Of a stretch of 64,000 nt of DNA, positions 38,140-49,093 are shown in pieces. Both the position numbers and the translations under genes were made by a program. Under the pieces are notes generated by a model, which did not search any database, was not told the DNA's origin, and was given only the letters and a program-made list of their open reading frames with translations. Each line of letters opens with the position of its first letter. Within the stretch, counting starts at the first letter, position 1. Location: positions 186,001-250,000 of the IMG/VR virus record IMGVR_UViG_3300031857_000005; one strand, 5' to 3'.

Positions 38140-41100
38140 CGGAGAAAACATATTGGTAGAATTTGACTACCAAAACATATCGGTAATTGATCCAAACAAA
38201 GTGATTGATGAAAATGGTATGGCTAGAGAACGACTTGTCAATCAAGAAGACTTGGTGTTCTATGCAAATTTAGAATGTTCGGTTTTACCGAGAACAAAAT
38301 TGGCGATAGGTGTTCCATTGGAAGATTCTGTTAGAACAATATCTGTGGGTAAAATTAATTTTTTGAATCCTGGAGATAGTAAATTTTTAGAAGAAATTTA
38401 TGTTGATGAAATAACAGGTAAAGATTCATTACAGGGTAAAGGTATTAATCAACAAAAAATAGATAAAATTACTAATCCTAATCAGAGTGATGACTATTTT
38501 TATAGACAAACAACATTAACTAATGGTAATCCTGGTTCAACAGATACAGGAATGTTAGGTATAACTCAAATTAATATCTCTTATGGTACGGACTTCTTAC
38601 CTGTTATTGATATTACAATGGAAGATGTTAAGGGTAGAGCATTATTTGAAGCAGGTAGTAATTCACCATATGCCGCATTCTTCCAATTACCGTATCCATT
38701 ATTTTATCTAACAATAAAAGGATACTTAGGTAAAGCGGTTAGATTACCATTGATGTTAAGAACCTTTAATGCAAGTTTTGATCCTAGCAGTGGGAATTTT
38801 AGGGTTCAACTACAAATGTACACATATAAGTACACGATATTATCTTCAGTGAATTGGCAGGCGATGATGTCAACTCCATTGATGTTCCAGTCAGCAATAG
38901 AGACAGTACCACAAACAACAACAGGAAACGGAAACAAAAATGACAAAGTTGAAAGTGGTTGGTCAAGTAAAGGATATTCTAAAATAAAAGAATTGTATGC
39001 TGAGTATAAATCAAAAGGGTTGATATCAGATAATTTTCCTGAAATAACCATTCAGGAACTACAGATAAATTTAAATACTTTTTTAAAAAATATCATTGAT
39101 AATTACCCTAAAACTAATTTAGACACTCTTAATAGTTTATCTGACTACTCAAAAGTATTAGATAGATATGAACAAGAAGTTTATTTGTATTCGGGTGTGG
39201 ATTCTTGGTATGGAAAATATTTGGACACCAAAAACCCATTTGTTACATTCCCACCTACGGGACAAAAAGACGGGTATGTGTTATACCAATTTAAAGAAGA
39301 ATATAAATCATCTCAAAAACAACAAGAAGCATTAACCGAATTATCGGGTATTGTTAAAAGAAATAACGAATCATTGAGAGGTAATACTGTTTTAGGTGAT
39401 GGTAAACCAAACAGTATACCTGTAGATATTTTTGTAGATTTACAAAAAAATACTAGTACATTTTTTTATAATACTGATGTAAATAATATTGATATAAATA
39501 AAACTTATGCTCAGAGAAACGGTAAAGAAATATCATTTACCGCAACCACTTCAGTTCAGAACCAAATAAGAACACAGTTTGATTCCTCACCAAAATTCTT
39601 TTTTAAGGGTACGGCATCTTTTATTGATAAAACAACTACAATAAGAGAAAATTATCAAACAAAAAAACAGGCAATAGAAGAACAATTATCTAAAGATTTA
39701 ATCTTAAATATAAGTAAAAGTGCTAGTGAAGGTGGAATTGGATTTTCACCAACAATAAGAAATGTATTAGCGGTATTTTTTGCTCAAGGAGAGGCGTTTT
39801 TAAGATTACTTGATGAGGTTCATGCAAAAGCTTGGGACTTAAGAGATGATACAATTAGAAAGGCTGCGGTTTTATCAACCTCATCAGGTGCGAATAGTGT
39901 TGATTTAAAAGATTTAACAGTTTTAGAAACACCAATATATCCTTGGCCTCAAGTTATTGTTGAGAACAATCTAAAAGAAGGTGAACGATATGAATTGAAA
40001 TACCCTGGAGATACGAGTATTGCAACTAAAATTAGGGCTTATCAACCTGAAATATGGCCGGAAGTAGAATTTGTTGAAGATTTTATAAAGGCGACATACG
40101 AAAGAAAAGTTCCTGAAAAATTCCCAACCGACACTAACAATCAACAACTTAAACCAAATAGATTAAGTTTTAATGCAATTGAATTTCCAATTAATAATCA
40201 AGTATATCAAAATGTTGAAGAAGTTAAATTTTTCTATGAAATATATGAAAGATTATTAATTAATGCTTTCTATAGTAAATTAAGTAGGGATTCTAATAAA
40301 ACATTTAATATGACTGAATATTATTCTGAGTCAGAAGTGTTAAATATGTTAGAATCATTAGGTGATGATAATCCATTCCTAACTAAGAAGTTAAAAGAAT
40401 ATAATTTAAACTCAGGAATTTACTTATCATTTTTAAGACACATTTCAAATGGGGGAACTGGAGAATCTTGGCAAAATTATATCAGAGGAGAATTTAACAC
40501 ATCATATATTAAAAATGATGTTAGTACATCATTCAAGTTGTACAATCAAGATATTCTAACTAATGAAAAATCACAACCATTATTATCCATTAAAGATAAT
40601 TCATATGCTAAAGAATATTTTGGTAATGCAAACATTGTAGAGAATTTTGATTTTACTGACACATATCCAATAACTAATTTGAGTTGGATAAAAAATTATT
40701 TAGCGGACGGAAAGGACATTCAAAAGAAAGAAGATGTTTTTAAAACTAATCAAGTTTTAGAATATAATACAATTATAAAAAGTATAACAAATTATGATGA
40801 TACTGTAGATGCTAAAGACAAACAACCTGTAACAAGTTTTAATTATAAATCAAACAATAGTGGGACATTTAATCAACCAATTATTTTGGCGGATTTAAAA
40901 ACTTTTTATAATACGAGAACAATAAAAAATCAATACACTACTGAAGGTAACATTTCATATTTTGATTATGACAATAAATTGGTGTCAGAACAAACGACAT
41001 CAATTCTAAATACACCTTATTTTATTAATGCAATTCAAAAAGGGGTGTATGATTTTAGATATACAGATAACCTATATCCGTTTAAATCCGCATCATATCT

Positions 41101-44100
41101 ATTCTTGAATAGTTTACCATTGGCAACTTTAAGAGAAAAATATAAAGAAGATAATGATGGTAGTTTTTCAGATTTAAATTACATTATATCCACATTTAAA
41201 AAATATGGTGGAATCCATAAAATACCATATGCGTGGGTACTTAAATATGGATCTATCTGGCATAGATATAAAACTTGGACAGAAGATGGGGTTGATATTC
41301 TTGATGATGCGTGGACTAATTTTAATTATTCAGATAATTATGATCCCCAAAATAGTGCGGTTACTAAAACATATTCATTAGTTATTGATGGAATACCACA
41401 AGACATCGTTTTACAAGACACTATTATTAATGGGTTAAGTGAACAAACAAGAATTAATACAGGATTTTATCCTAAGTTAATTGATGACTTTAATGTATTT
41501 TACCAAGGTAAAAGAGTATTTGAAACTCAAGTACAAATTTCAGGTACTGCAACAATATTGGGTAATGTATTAACTGTTAGTACGGTTAGTGGTAATGATT
41601 TATTTGATGGTGCTATTCTATCAGGTAATGGTATTACTTTAGGCACCACAATTACGGGACAAACTAGCGGTACTTTGGGTGGTGTTGGTGTTTACGGTAT
41701 TAATATACCACAAACCGCAACAACGGCAATTAGTTTTTATGTCACTAACCCACCGGCACAGTCATATTCAAATAGTGAGATACAAAGTGTTTTAGATGAT
41801 AATATTTTATATTTAAAATCCGCAGCAGGATCAACAATAAATAAATTACCAGGATTTGATTTAAGTAATTTAAATCGTTCTTTAAGTTTGAAATCTTGGA
41901 GTTGTTTTGTTACAACATCAGATGGTAACAATATATTCCCAATACCATCATTTGGATCTTCAGTGAATCAAACTAAAGATGAATGTTTTAAAATTAATGG
42001 TGATTTAGCAACAGAAGTTGTTGATAACCCCGCAGTTTATAATGGTTCAGTTAGATTATTTTGGAAAGCACCAAATTATGGATATTTTGATAATGATAGA
42101 TTAATTAAACCATCACCAAACAGTTATTTAAAACATATTAAAAATGACGAATCAATACAACAGGCATTCTCAATTAATGGGGTATCGTCTGAATATACAA
42201 AAATAAGTGAGTTATTTACAACATTTGAAAAAGATATTTTAGACATAATGGAGAACGAGTTTTTAAATTTTAGCCGTTCTGTATATGATTATAACTCAAA
42301 TATAAAATCAACTCTTGGGGTTGATACTGACACTGAAATTACAAACAATAATTTCCAATCTCTAATGAGATCGTTAATGAAAGTTCCAAAACCAAAAGAT
42401 AACATAAATGGATCGGTTGTTATTAATGAAATACAAGAATCACAAATTAGTAACTTCAAACAAGTGTTAGGAACATTTATGGATTATAAAGTTACCATGA
42501 AATACGGTAACCCATCAAATTTTGATAAGAAATTGTTTTACACATATTCAAATCAAATCTTAATTGATACATATAGTTTCCAAGGGTATAATGTCGGTTC
42601 ACCAAATAGTTTACCAAGTGCTGGCGGGTCAATAACTTTATCACAGTCTAAAGCACAAAATCCTGAAACTTGGAAAACTTTAGAAACTTATGTAGGATTT
42701 TCTGAGATACCGGAATTAGTTTATAGTGATAACGGTTCATACATTACCGATTTCTTTTTAGATATGAATATTGAATTTACTGAAAATTCAATTAAGACAT
42801 TATCACCGTTAATTAAAATATATGCCACTCAAAAATTAGAAGACAACAATTTTAATTCCACAAAGTTTAGGACTTTAATGGATGGTTATATTAATAAAAG
42901 TAATACATATATTAATACTTTATTAGATTTAGAAATGACTAGATTGAGGAAAGAACTTCCTGATGTTAATATTAGTCAAACAAACACTAAAGTTAGGGCG
43001 GATTATGAAGGTGATCAAACTAGATATGAATTATGGGAATTATTTAAAACCATTAACGACACATGGATTTCAGGTACCGACTTTAAAAGTAAGACTTTAT
43101 TTGAAGATGTACTTTTAATGGACAGAGCCAGTAGAGATGTAGGACAACAAATATATGTGGACATCTTCAAATTAAAAACATTAATTGATAGTTCTCTTGT
43201 TAAAAATAATATGTTGGATATTGTACAAACAATATTGACTGAAAATAATTTTGTTAACTTTGTTATTCCCGCATTTGCGAATTTTTATAATGTTAGAGAT
43301 GTTAGTAAAAATGCGGTACCAAGACCTGAAGGCACTTTAGAATTTGCCAATACTTTATTTGGTACTTATTTAAATGTTGATTATAGAGAAACAGGTTCAA
43401 AGTTTGTTTGTTTATATGCTAATAAACCAAGTGAACATTTAGCACTTAACGATAATGTTGATTACAGATATAGAGATGATGCGTTTGATTTGAGAAGAGC
43501 AACTGACAATCCGTTATTAGAAAATCAAGAAAACAAAACAAATTGGGCAACATCAAATAAAGTTGTTGGATTCAATGTTGATATTGGACCACAAAATCAA
43601 CAAATTTTTAAACAAATTGATGTATCTCAAGATCCTGGATTACCAACTACCGAATCATTGGAAGTTCTAAACCAAATGGCTAATCAGGATAGAAACAGAG
43701 GTAGTTATACTCAAAGTGTTTCATTATATAATCTATATAAAAATAGAAGTTATAAATGTTCTATTGATATGATGGGTAATGCGTTGATACAACCTATGAT
43801 GTACTTTAATTTAAGAAATGTTCCTTTATTTAGTGGACCTTATATGATATTAAAAGTAAGTCATAGAATTTCTCAAAATGGGTTTGACACGACATTTGAA
43901 GGGCAAAGACAACCTTTTTATAGTATACCTAAAATAGAAAGTTTCATACAATCAATCAGTACTAAAATACTAAAAGATATTCAAGAAAGGATTAAACAGA
44001 ATGAAGAAACAAAGACACAACAATCTGTGAATACATTATCTCAAACGGCAACTAAATTGGATAATGTTAGTGAAACTAATACCACTCTTAATGTTAATCA

Positions 44101-45088
44101 AGCTTGTTCTTCGGCACTTAATGAGTCATATAAAAACTTTACAAATGCTACTGGTGATCCATTAATGATAATGAGTTCTAGTGAAATAAATAAAAAAGAT
44201 GCGGCAAATAAAATAAACGAATTAATTATTGCGAACGGTTCTTATAATAGTAATGACTCAAAAACTTTGGCATCATTTATATATAGTATTATGACGGTTG
44301 CCACAAAACCATCTGAGATTTTTAAGACTTATGGTAATAATTATGGGTTAATACCTTTGAATACTAATTATGGTGGTTCTTTTGTTTTATTTGAAAACAA
44401 ATACTATTGTAATAGTAAGAACATACCTATGGCGGTATTTTCATCATTTGATCAATTTGTGAATTTTATGATTGCCAAGTATGGACCTCAATTAGGTACC
44501 ATAAAAAATTATGTATCAACAAATAATAATATTTCCGATCAAATCAAATATGGTAAGGCATTTGCAACATTCTATATGGACAATTACCCAACCAATGAGG
44601 GACAATCATTATTTGATACTTTAATTGAAGAAAATAAAAATAAATTAGAAAAACTTTTTGGTAATGCTTATACTGATTATGTTAGTTCACAAAGACAATT
44701 TACATCACAATCAAGTACTACCACACCAAAACCTGCTAAACAAGTTGTCCAAGCCAATGGTGATCAGTTAATTCAAATGCAAATAGTAATATCACCTAAT
44801 TCAGGAAAATGGAATATTGATTCGGCTGAAATTATATTTAATAAAAAACCTGAAGAATGTACTGCAACAATAGGTGTAAAAATTAATGTACCAACATTCA
44901 TTGCGACGAATAAACAGTCGTTTACAATGACAGCACAAGATTTACTTACTACGATAGGATGTACCCAAAATGGATCATACAACATTCAATTCAATGTTAA
45001 CTCTATTCCAGTATTAGAAGATGGAATTACTACGGATACGACAAGAGCAATAGTTCCACAATCGTTTTTAATTAAATGTCTTCTTTAA
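38129..45088 (+). CDS. very large baseplate hub protein (gp27/gpD-like segments)
   Basis: MMGNALIQPMMYFNLRNVPLFSGPYMILKVSHRISQNGFDTTF resembles hub/late-control D C-terminal barrel; sits in the baseplate operon. Confidence 0.55.
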   Translation: MVDNGENILVEFDYQNISVIDPNKVIDENGMARERLVNQEDLVFYANLECSVLPRTKLAIGVPLEDSVRTISVGKINFLNPGDSKFLEEIYVDEITGKDSLQGKGINQQKIDKITNPNQSDDYFYRQTTLTNGNPGSTDTGMLGITQINISYGTDFLPVIDITMEDVKGRALFEAGSNSPYAAFFQLPYPLFYLTIKGYLGKAVRLPLMLRTFNASFDPSSGNFRVQLQMYTYKYTILSSVNWQAMMSTPLMFQSAIETVPQTTTGNGNKNDKVESGWSSKGYSKIKELYAEYKSKGLISDNFPEITIQELQINLNTFLKNIIDNYPKTNLDTLNSLSDYSKVLDRYEQEVYLYSGVDSWYGKYLDTKNPFVTFPPTGQKDGYVLYQFKEEYKSSQKQQEALTELSGIVKRNNESLRGNTVLGDGKPNSIPVDIFVDLQKNTSTFFYNTDVNNIDINKTYAQRNGKEISFTATTSVQNQIRTQFDSSPKFFFKGTASFIDKTTTIRENYQTKKQAIEEQLSKDLILNISKSASEGGIGFSPTIRNVLAVFFAQGEAFLRLLDEVHAKAWDLRDDTIRKAAVLSTSSGANSVDLKDLTVLETPIYPWPQVIVENNLKEGERYELKYPGDTSIATKIRAYQPEIWPEVEFVEDFIKATYERKVPEKFPTDTNNQQLKPNRLSFNAIEFPINNQVYQNVEEVKFFYEIYERLLINAFYSKLSRDSNKTFNMTEYYSESEVLNMLESLGDDNPFLTKKLKEYNLNSGIYLSFLRHISNGGTGESWQNYIRGEFNTSYIKNDVSTSFKLYNQDILTNEKSQPLLSIKDNSYAKEYFGNANIVENFDFTDTYPITNLSWIKNYLADGKDIQKKEDVFKTNQVLEYNTIIKSITNYDDTVDAKDKQPVTSFNYKSNNSGTFNQPIILADLKTFYNTRTIKNQYTTEGNISYFDYDNKLVSEQTTSILNTPYFINAIQKGVYDFRYTDNLYPFKSASYLFLNSLPLATLREKYKEDNDGSFSDLNYIISTFKKYGGIHKIPYAWVLKYGSIWHRYKTWTEDGVDILDDAWTNFNYSDNYDPQNSAVTKTYSLVIDGIPQDIVLQDTIINGLSEQTRINTGFYPKLIDDFNVFYQGKRVFETQVQISGTATILGNVLTVSTVSGNDLFDGAILSGNGITLGTTITGQTSGTLGGVGVYGINIPQTATTAISFYVTNPPAQSYSNSEIQSVLDDNILYLKSAAGSTINKLPGFDLSNLNRSLSLKSWSCFVTTSDGNNIFPIPSFGSSVNQTKDECFKINGDLATEVVDNPAVYNGSVRLFWKAPNYGYFDNDRLIKPSPNSYLKHIKNDESIQQAFSINGVSSEYTKISELFTTFEKDILDIMENEFLNFSRSVYDYNSNIKSTLGVDTDTEITNNNFQSLMRSLMKVPKPKDNINGSVVINEIQESQISNFKQVLGTFMDYKVTMKYGNPSNFDKKLFYTYSNQILIDTYSFQGYNVGSPNSLPSAGGSITLSQSKAQNPETWKTLETYVGFSEIPELVYSDNGSYITDFFLDMNIEFTENSIKTLSPLIKIYATQKLEDNNFNSTKFRTLMDGYINKSNTYINTLLDLEMTRLRKELPDVNISQTNTKVRADYEGDQTRYELWELFKTINDTWISGTDFKSKTLFEDVLLMDRASRDVGQQIYVDIFKLKTLIDSSLVKNNMLDIVQTILTENNFVNFVIPAFANFYNVRDVSKNAVPRPEGTLEFANTLFGTYLNVDYRETGSKFVCLYANKPSEHLALNDNVDYRYRDDAFDLRRATDNPLLENQENKTNWATSNKVVGFNVDIGPQNQQIFKQIDVSQDPGLPTTESLEVLNQMANQDRNRGSYTQSVSLYNLYKNRSYKCSIDMMGNALIQPMMYFNLRNVPLFSGPYMILKVSHRISQNGFDTTFEGQRQPFYSIPKIESFIQSISTKILKDIQERIKQNEETKTQQSVNTLSQTATKLDNVSETNTTLNVNQACSSALNESYKNFTNATGDPLMIMSSSEINKKDAANKINELIIANGSYNSNDSKTLASFIYSIMTVATKPSEIFKTYGNNYGLIPLNTNYGGSFVLFENKYYCNSKNIPMAVFSSFDQFVNFMIAKYGPQLGTIKNYVSTNNNISDQIKYGKAFATFYMDNYPTNEGQSLFDTLIEENKNKLEKLFGNAYTDYVSSQRQFTSQSSTTTPKPAKQVVQANGDQLIQMQIVISPNSGKWNIDSAEIIFNKKPEECTATIGVKINVPTFIATNKQSFTMTAQDLLTTIGCTQNGSYNIQFNVNSIPVLEDGITTDTTRAIVPQSFLIKCLL

Positions 45089-45127
45089 TTTTTCATAATG
45101 TTATGATATTTATAAATAAAAATAGAT

Positions 45128-45355
45128 ATGAGTAATACTAAATTAATTTTGGATAACTACTTGGGTAAAAACACAAGAGTTACGGAGAAAGATAAAGGAA
45201 ATGGGTATAAAGAAGTTTGTGATTTGGATACTGGAGACTGTTATACTATCAGAATGAAAGACGGACTAATAGAAAGAGTTGATAATACAATGAACACTAA
45301 TAAAAAAATCCAAGTGGAAACCAAAACAGGTATAAAACAATTATTAAATGGTTAA
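45128..45355 (+). CDS. hypothetical protein (75 aa)
   Basis: ATG after a TATTTATA motif. Confidence 0.65.
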   Translation: MSNTKLILDNYLGKNTRVTEKDKGNGYKEVCDLDTGDCYTIRMKDGLIERVDNTMNTNKKIQVETKTGIKQLLNG

Positions 45356-45356
45356 T

Positions 45357-46013
45357 ATGAAAATAGATAAAAAAATATTAGAAGAAATTAACAGATATAA
45401 GTCAATTAATAATTATATAATGGAACAAGACGCTCCTGTTGAACCAGACCCTGCGGCGGCTCCACTACCGGCACCTGATGCTGGATTACCACCTGCACCT
45501 GGAGCTGAGACACCTGCTCCCGGAGCTTTACCTCCACCACCCGCACCTGAAGCTGAGACACCACAACCAATTGATGTGGCGCAAGACCCTGATGTTGAAG
45601 AAGTTGGTAAAGATGAAGAGGATAAAGAAGAACTTGAAATCACTGACTTAGTAAATAGTCAAAAAAATATTGAAACAAAACAAGATGAATATTTTGACAA
45701 TCTATTTAAACAACTTGAAAATTTAGAAAGTAAATTGGGTGAAATGGATAATTTAATGTCTGCGGTTAATTCATTAGAACAAAAAATTGAAAAATATCGA
45801 CCTAAAACACCTGAAGAAAAACTTGAATTAAGAAGTTTAGATTCTGGTCCTTTTAATCAAAAACTATCTGATTATTTTGAAGATAAAGAAGATCAGTTTG
45901 AAAAACAAGGTAGAGAAGAATATATTCTAACAACTGATGAGGCTGAAGATTTTTCACCAAAACAAATTAAAGATACTTTTGATACATACGATGACGATGA
46001 TATGATGCCTTAA
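45357..46013 (+). CDS. acidic Pro/Ala-rich coiled-coil protein (possible head-internal/scaffold protein)
   Basis: MKIDKKILEEINR..IMEQ start, PAP-rich linker, coiled coil; likely start ATG at 45357. Confidence 0.55.
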   Translation: MKIDKKILEEINRYKSINNYIMEQDAPVEPDPAAAPLPAPDAGLPPAPGAETPAPGALPPPPAPEAETPQPIDVAQDPDVEEVGKDEEDKEELEITDLVNSQKNIETKQDEYFDNLFKQLENLESKLGEMDNLMSAVNSLEQKIEKYRPKTPEEKLELRSLDSGPFNQKLSDYFEDKEDQFEKQGREEYILTTDEAEDFSPKQIKDTFDTYDDDDMMP

Positions 46014-46019
46014 TTAAGG

Positions 46020-46039
46020 GAGGGACATCCGTGTCCCTC
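46020..46039 (+). terminator. GC-rich hairpin (probable terminator) ahead of the SSB promoter
   Basis: GAGGGACA-TCCG-TGTCCCTC; T tract is offset (TCAAAATTTTT). Confidence 0.5.
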
Positions 46040-46059
46040 TCAAAATTTTTGAATACATA

Positions 46060-46088
46060 TTGACTGCGACACTTTTTTAATTTATACT
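46060..46088 (+). promoter_or_regulatory. sigma70-like promoter for SSB (TTGACT-17-TATACT)
   Basis: Near-consensus -35/-10 with 17-nt spacer. Confidence 0.65.
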
Positions 46089-46119
46089 TCCTATTGTAAA
46101 CTTTTAATAACACAAATAT

Positions 46120-46983
46120 ATGGCGACAAACAATGTTTTAGATGCAGTTTTGGCTCAGTACGAGAACTCAAAACAAGGTAGTTCATCTTCTACCTCAAAA
46201 ATGACACAAGATGAGAGAATGAAAAAATATTTTGCTGCAATTCTTAAAGACAGTGAAAAACAAGGTCAGAAACGACTACGAATTCTACCAACAACCGATG
46301 GATCATCTCCTTTTAAAGAGGTTTGGTTTCATGAAGTTAAAGTAGATGGAAAATGGGTTAAACTTTACGATCCAGGTAAAAACGACAATGAGCGTTCACC
46401 ATTAAATGAAGTTCACGATGATTTAATGTCAACAGGTAAAGATTCCGATAAGGAAATTGCCAAACAATATAAAGCTCGTAAATTTTATATCGTTAAAGTT
46501 ATTGATCGTGACAACGAACAAGACGGTGTTAAATTTTGGAGATTTAAACACAATTACAAACAAGAAGGTATTCTTGACAAAATCATTCCTATTTGGAAAG
46601 CAAAAGGTGATGTTACCGATGCTGATAAAGGTAGAGATTTGATTTTGGAGTTGACAAAGGCAAAAACAAATGCGGGAATTAACTATACTGTAATTCAAAC
46701 TGTTATGTATGATGATCCAGCACCACTTCACGAAGACACGGACACTATGAAAGAATGGGTTAGTGATGAATTGACTTGGGAGGATGTCTACTCTAAAAAA
46801 CCTGTAGAATATCTTGAAGCAATTTCTCGTGGAGAAACACCAAGATGGGATTCTGATAAAGGTGGGTATGTTTATGCTAATGATGAGGTTGCTGAAACTT
46901 CTATCGGAGGTACTAAATCAAAACCAACACCTGTTGTTGATCCTCAACAAAATGAGGAAATTGACGAAGAGTTACCATTCTAA
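46120..46983 (+). CDS. single-stranded DNA-binding protein (T4 gp32-like)
   Basis: RILP, E..FH, ARKFYIVKVIDR, G.DLILEL, acidic tail ending DEELPF. Confidence 0.85.
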   Translation: MATNNVLDAVLAQYENSKQGSSSSTSKMTQDERMKKYFAAILKDSEKQGQKRLRILPTTDGSSPFKEVWFHEVKVDGKWVKLYDPGKNDNERSPLNEVHDDLMSTGKDSDKEIAKQYKARKFYIVKVIDRDNEQDGVKFWRFKHNYKQEGILDKIIPIWKAKGDVTDADKGRDLILELTKAKTNAGINYTVIQTVMYDDPAPLHEDTDTMKEWVSDELTWEDVYSKKPVEYLEAISRGETPRWDSDKGGYVYANDEVAETSIGGTKSKPTPVVDPQQNEEIDEELPF

Positions 46984-47002
46984 AAAAAAGAACCTATAGT
47001 GT

Positions 47003-47037
47003 AGGTAGTGATTTACAAAGTCACTACCTTTTTTTAT
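47003..47037 (+). terminator. intrinsic terminator after SSB
   Basis: AGGTAGTGA-loop-TCACTACCT followed by T tract. Confidence 0.8.
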
Positions 47038-47058
47038 CTTTTAACAAAACAAACTATT

Positions 47059-48048
47059 ATGGCAATTAAAAAGAAAGAAGTATCATTTGATAGTATCAAA
47101 AGTAAATTTTCTACAAAGACAAAATACAAACCTGAAAGTTTTTATAACTGTGGTGAGGCGTTTATGGAGGCTTGTGGATTACCAGGTCCTGTAATGGGAG
47201 GTATTAATATGTTCTTGGGACACTCAAACACATCAAAAACAACGGCAATGATTCTTGCTGCTGCTGATGCTCAAAGAAAAGGACATTTACCTGTTCTTAT
47301 TATTACTGAAAAGAAATGGTCATGGGAACACGCAATTGAACTTGGATTACAAGTTGAAAAAACTGAAGATGGTGAATATGATGGTATGTTCATTTTTAAC
47401 GATTCTTTTGATGTGATTGAACAAGCAACTGAGTTCATTAATGATATCCTTGACGCACAAGAAAAAGGTGACATCCCTTATAGTTTATTATTCCTTTGGG
47501 ATAGTATCGGATCAATCCCTTGTCAAATGACATTTGATGGTAAAGGTGGTGGAATGCACAATGCGAAAGTATTAGCGGACAAAATTGGTATGGGAATCCA
47601 TTCTCGTATCTCTAAATCAAAAAAAGAAGATTACCCATATTACAACACTTTAGTGGTGTTAAATCAACCTTGGGTACTACTTCCCGATAATCCATTCGGA
47701 CAACCTGAGATTCAAGCAAAAGGAGGAACTGCAGTATGGTTAGCAAGTAGTTTAGTATTCTTATTTGGTAATCAAAAGAAAGCGGGTATCAGTCATATTG
47801 ATGCAACTAAAAATGGTAGAAAAGTATCATTTGCAATTAGAACAAAAATCTCTATTTTGAAAAACCATGTTAATGGTATTGGATATAAAGATGGTAAAAT
47901 AATTGCAGTACCTCATGGATATATAACCGATACAAAAGATTCTTTGGATAAATATAAAAAAGAATATTCGGATTATTGGGTACAAAAAATGGGGGATTCA
48001 AACTATACATTAGATGAGTCTGTTGCATATGATGAAGAAGTAGAGTAA
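47059..48048 (+). CDS. RecA/UvsX-like recombinase
   Basis: P-loop-like GHSNTSKTT, FLWDSIG, VVLNQ, KGG; likely start ATG at 47059. Confidence 0.8.
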   Translation: MAIKKKEVSFDSIKSKFSTKTKYKPESFYNCGEAFMEACGLPGPVMGGINMFLGHSNTSKTTAMILAAADAQRKGHLPVLIITEKKWSWEHAIELGLQVEKTEDGEYDGMFIFNDSFDVIEQATEFINDILDAQEKGDIPYSLLFLWDSIGSIPCQMTFDGKGGGMHNAKVLADKIGMGIHSRISKSKKEDYPYYNTLVVLNQPWVLLPDNPFGQPEIQAKGGTAVWLASSLVFLFGNQKKAGISHIDATKNGRKVSFAIRTKISILKNHVNGIGYKDGKIIAVPHGYITDTKDSLDKYKKEYSDYWVQKMGDSNYTLDESVAYDEEVE

Positions 48049-48076
48049 TATTGTAGAACGAATTAATCGTATTAAA

Positions 48077-49093
48077 ATGACCAAGACACTTATTGTTGAT
48101 GGTAACAATTTATTAAAAATAGGTTTTCACGGAGTTAAAGATTTCTTTAATGAAGGAGAACACATTGGAGGAACTTGGCATTTTCTTAATACTTTGCGCA
48201 AATTCTTAGAAGAATCCAATTTTAACAAAGTAGTTGTTTTTTGGGACGGTGATGAAAATTCGTCCCAAAGAAAATTACTTTATCCGAAATATAAGGGTAA
48301 TAGAAAATCATCTTATACTGAAGAAAAAACATATTCATTTAATACCCAAAAACAGAGAGTAAAACAATATCTTGAAGAGATGTTTGTTAGACAATTAGAA
48401 GTTGATAATTCTGAAGCGGATGATTTAATTGCTTATTATTGTCAAATATCTGAAGATGAGGATAAAACAATATTTTCATCAGATAAGGATCTTACACAAC
48501 TTATTTCCGAAAAGGTGACAATATATTCACCACAACAAAAAAAATACTATAAAAATGGGGATAAAATAAAAATCAAAGATTATAGTATTCCACATTATAA
48601 CATAATGACATTTAAGATAGTTGCTGGTGACACCTCAGATAATATTGATGGTATCAGTTTACTTGGTGAGAAAACTTTAGTCAAATTATTTCCTGAGATA
48701 CTTGATTCGCAAGTATCATTTACCGATATTTTAAACAAAGGTAGGAAGTTGTTAGAGAATCAAAATAAAAGTGTAGTTTTGAATAATCTATCAAGTGGAA
48801 AAACCAAAGAAGGGGTACTTGGGGAAAAGTTCTTCAGCGTGAATCAAATATTAGTTGATTTATCCAACCCGTTAATAAATGAAGAAGGGAAAAAGTTAGT
48901 TGAATTATATTATTCAGAAACTTTGGATCCTGATGGGAGAGGATACAGAAACTTAATAAAGATGATGATGGAAGATGGATTCTTTAGGTATCTACCAAAG
49001 GGTGATGATGCTTGGGTAAATTTCTTAAAACCATTTTTAAAATTAACAAGAAAAGAAAAAACAAATTACAGAAACAAAAAAACAAATTTATGA
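48077..49093 (+). CDS. 5'-3' exonuclease / RNase H (FEN-like)
   Basis: IVDGNN, FWDG, YKGNR, EADDLIAY, SSDKDLTQL, GDTSDNIDG. Confidence 0.9.
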   Translation: MTKTLIVDGNNLLKIGFHGVKDFFNEGEHIGGTWHFLNTLRKFLEESNFNKVVVFWDGDENSSQRKLLYPKYKGNRKSSYTEEKTYSFNTQKQRVKQYLEEMFVRQLEVDNSEADDLIAYYCQISEDEDKTIFSSDKDLTQLISEKVTIYSPQQKKYYKNGDKIKIKDYSIPHYNIMTFKIVAGDTSDNIDGISLLGEKTLVKLFPEILDSQVSFTDILNKGRKLLENQNKSVVLNNLSSGKTKEGVLGEKFFSVNQILVDLSNPLINEEGKKLVELYYSETLDPDGRGYRNLIKMMMEDGFFRYLPKGDDAWVNFLKPFLKLTRKEKTNYRNKKTNL

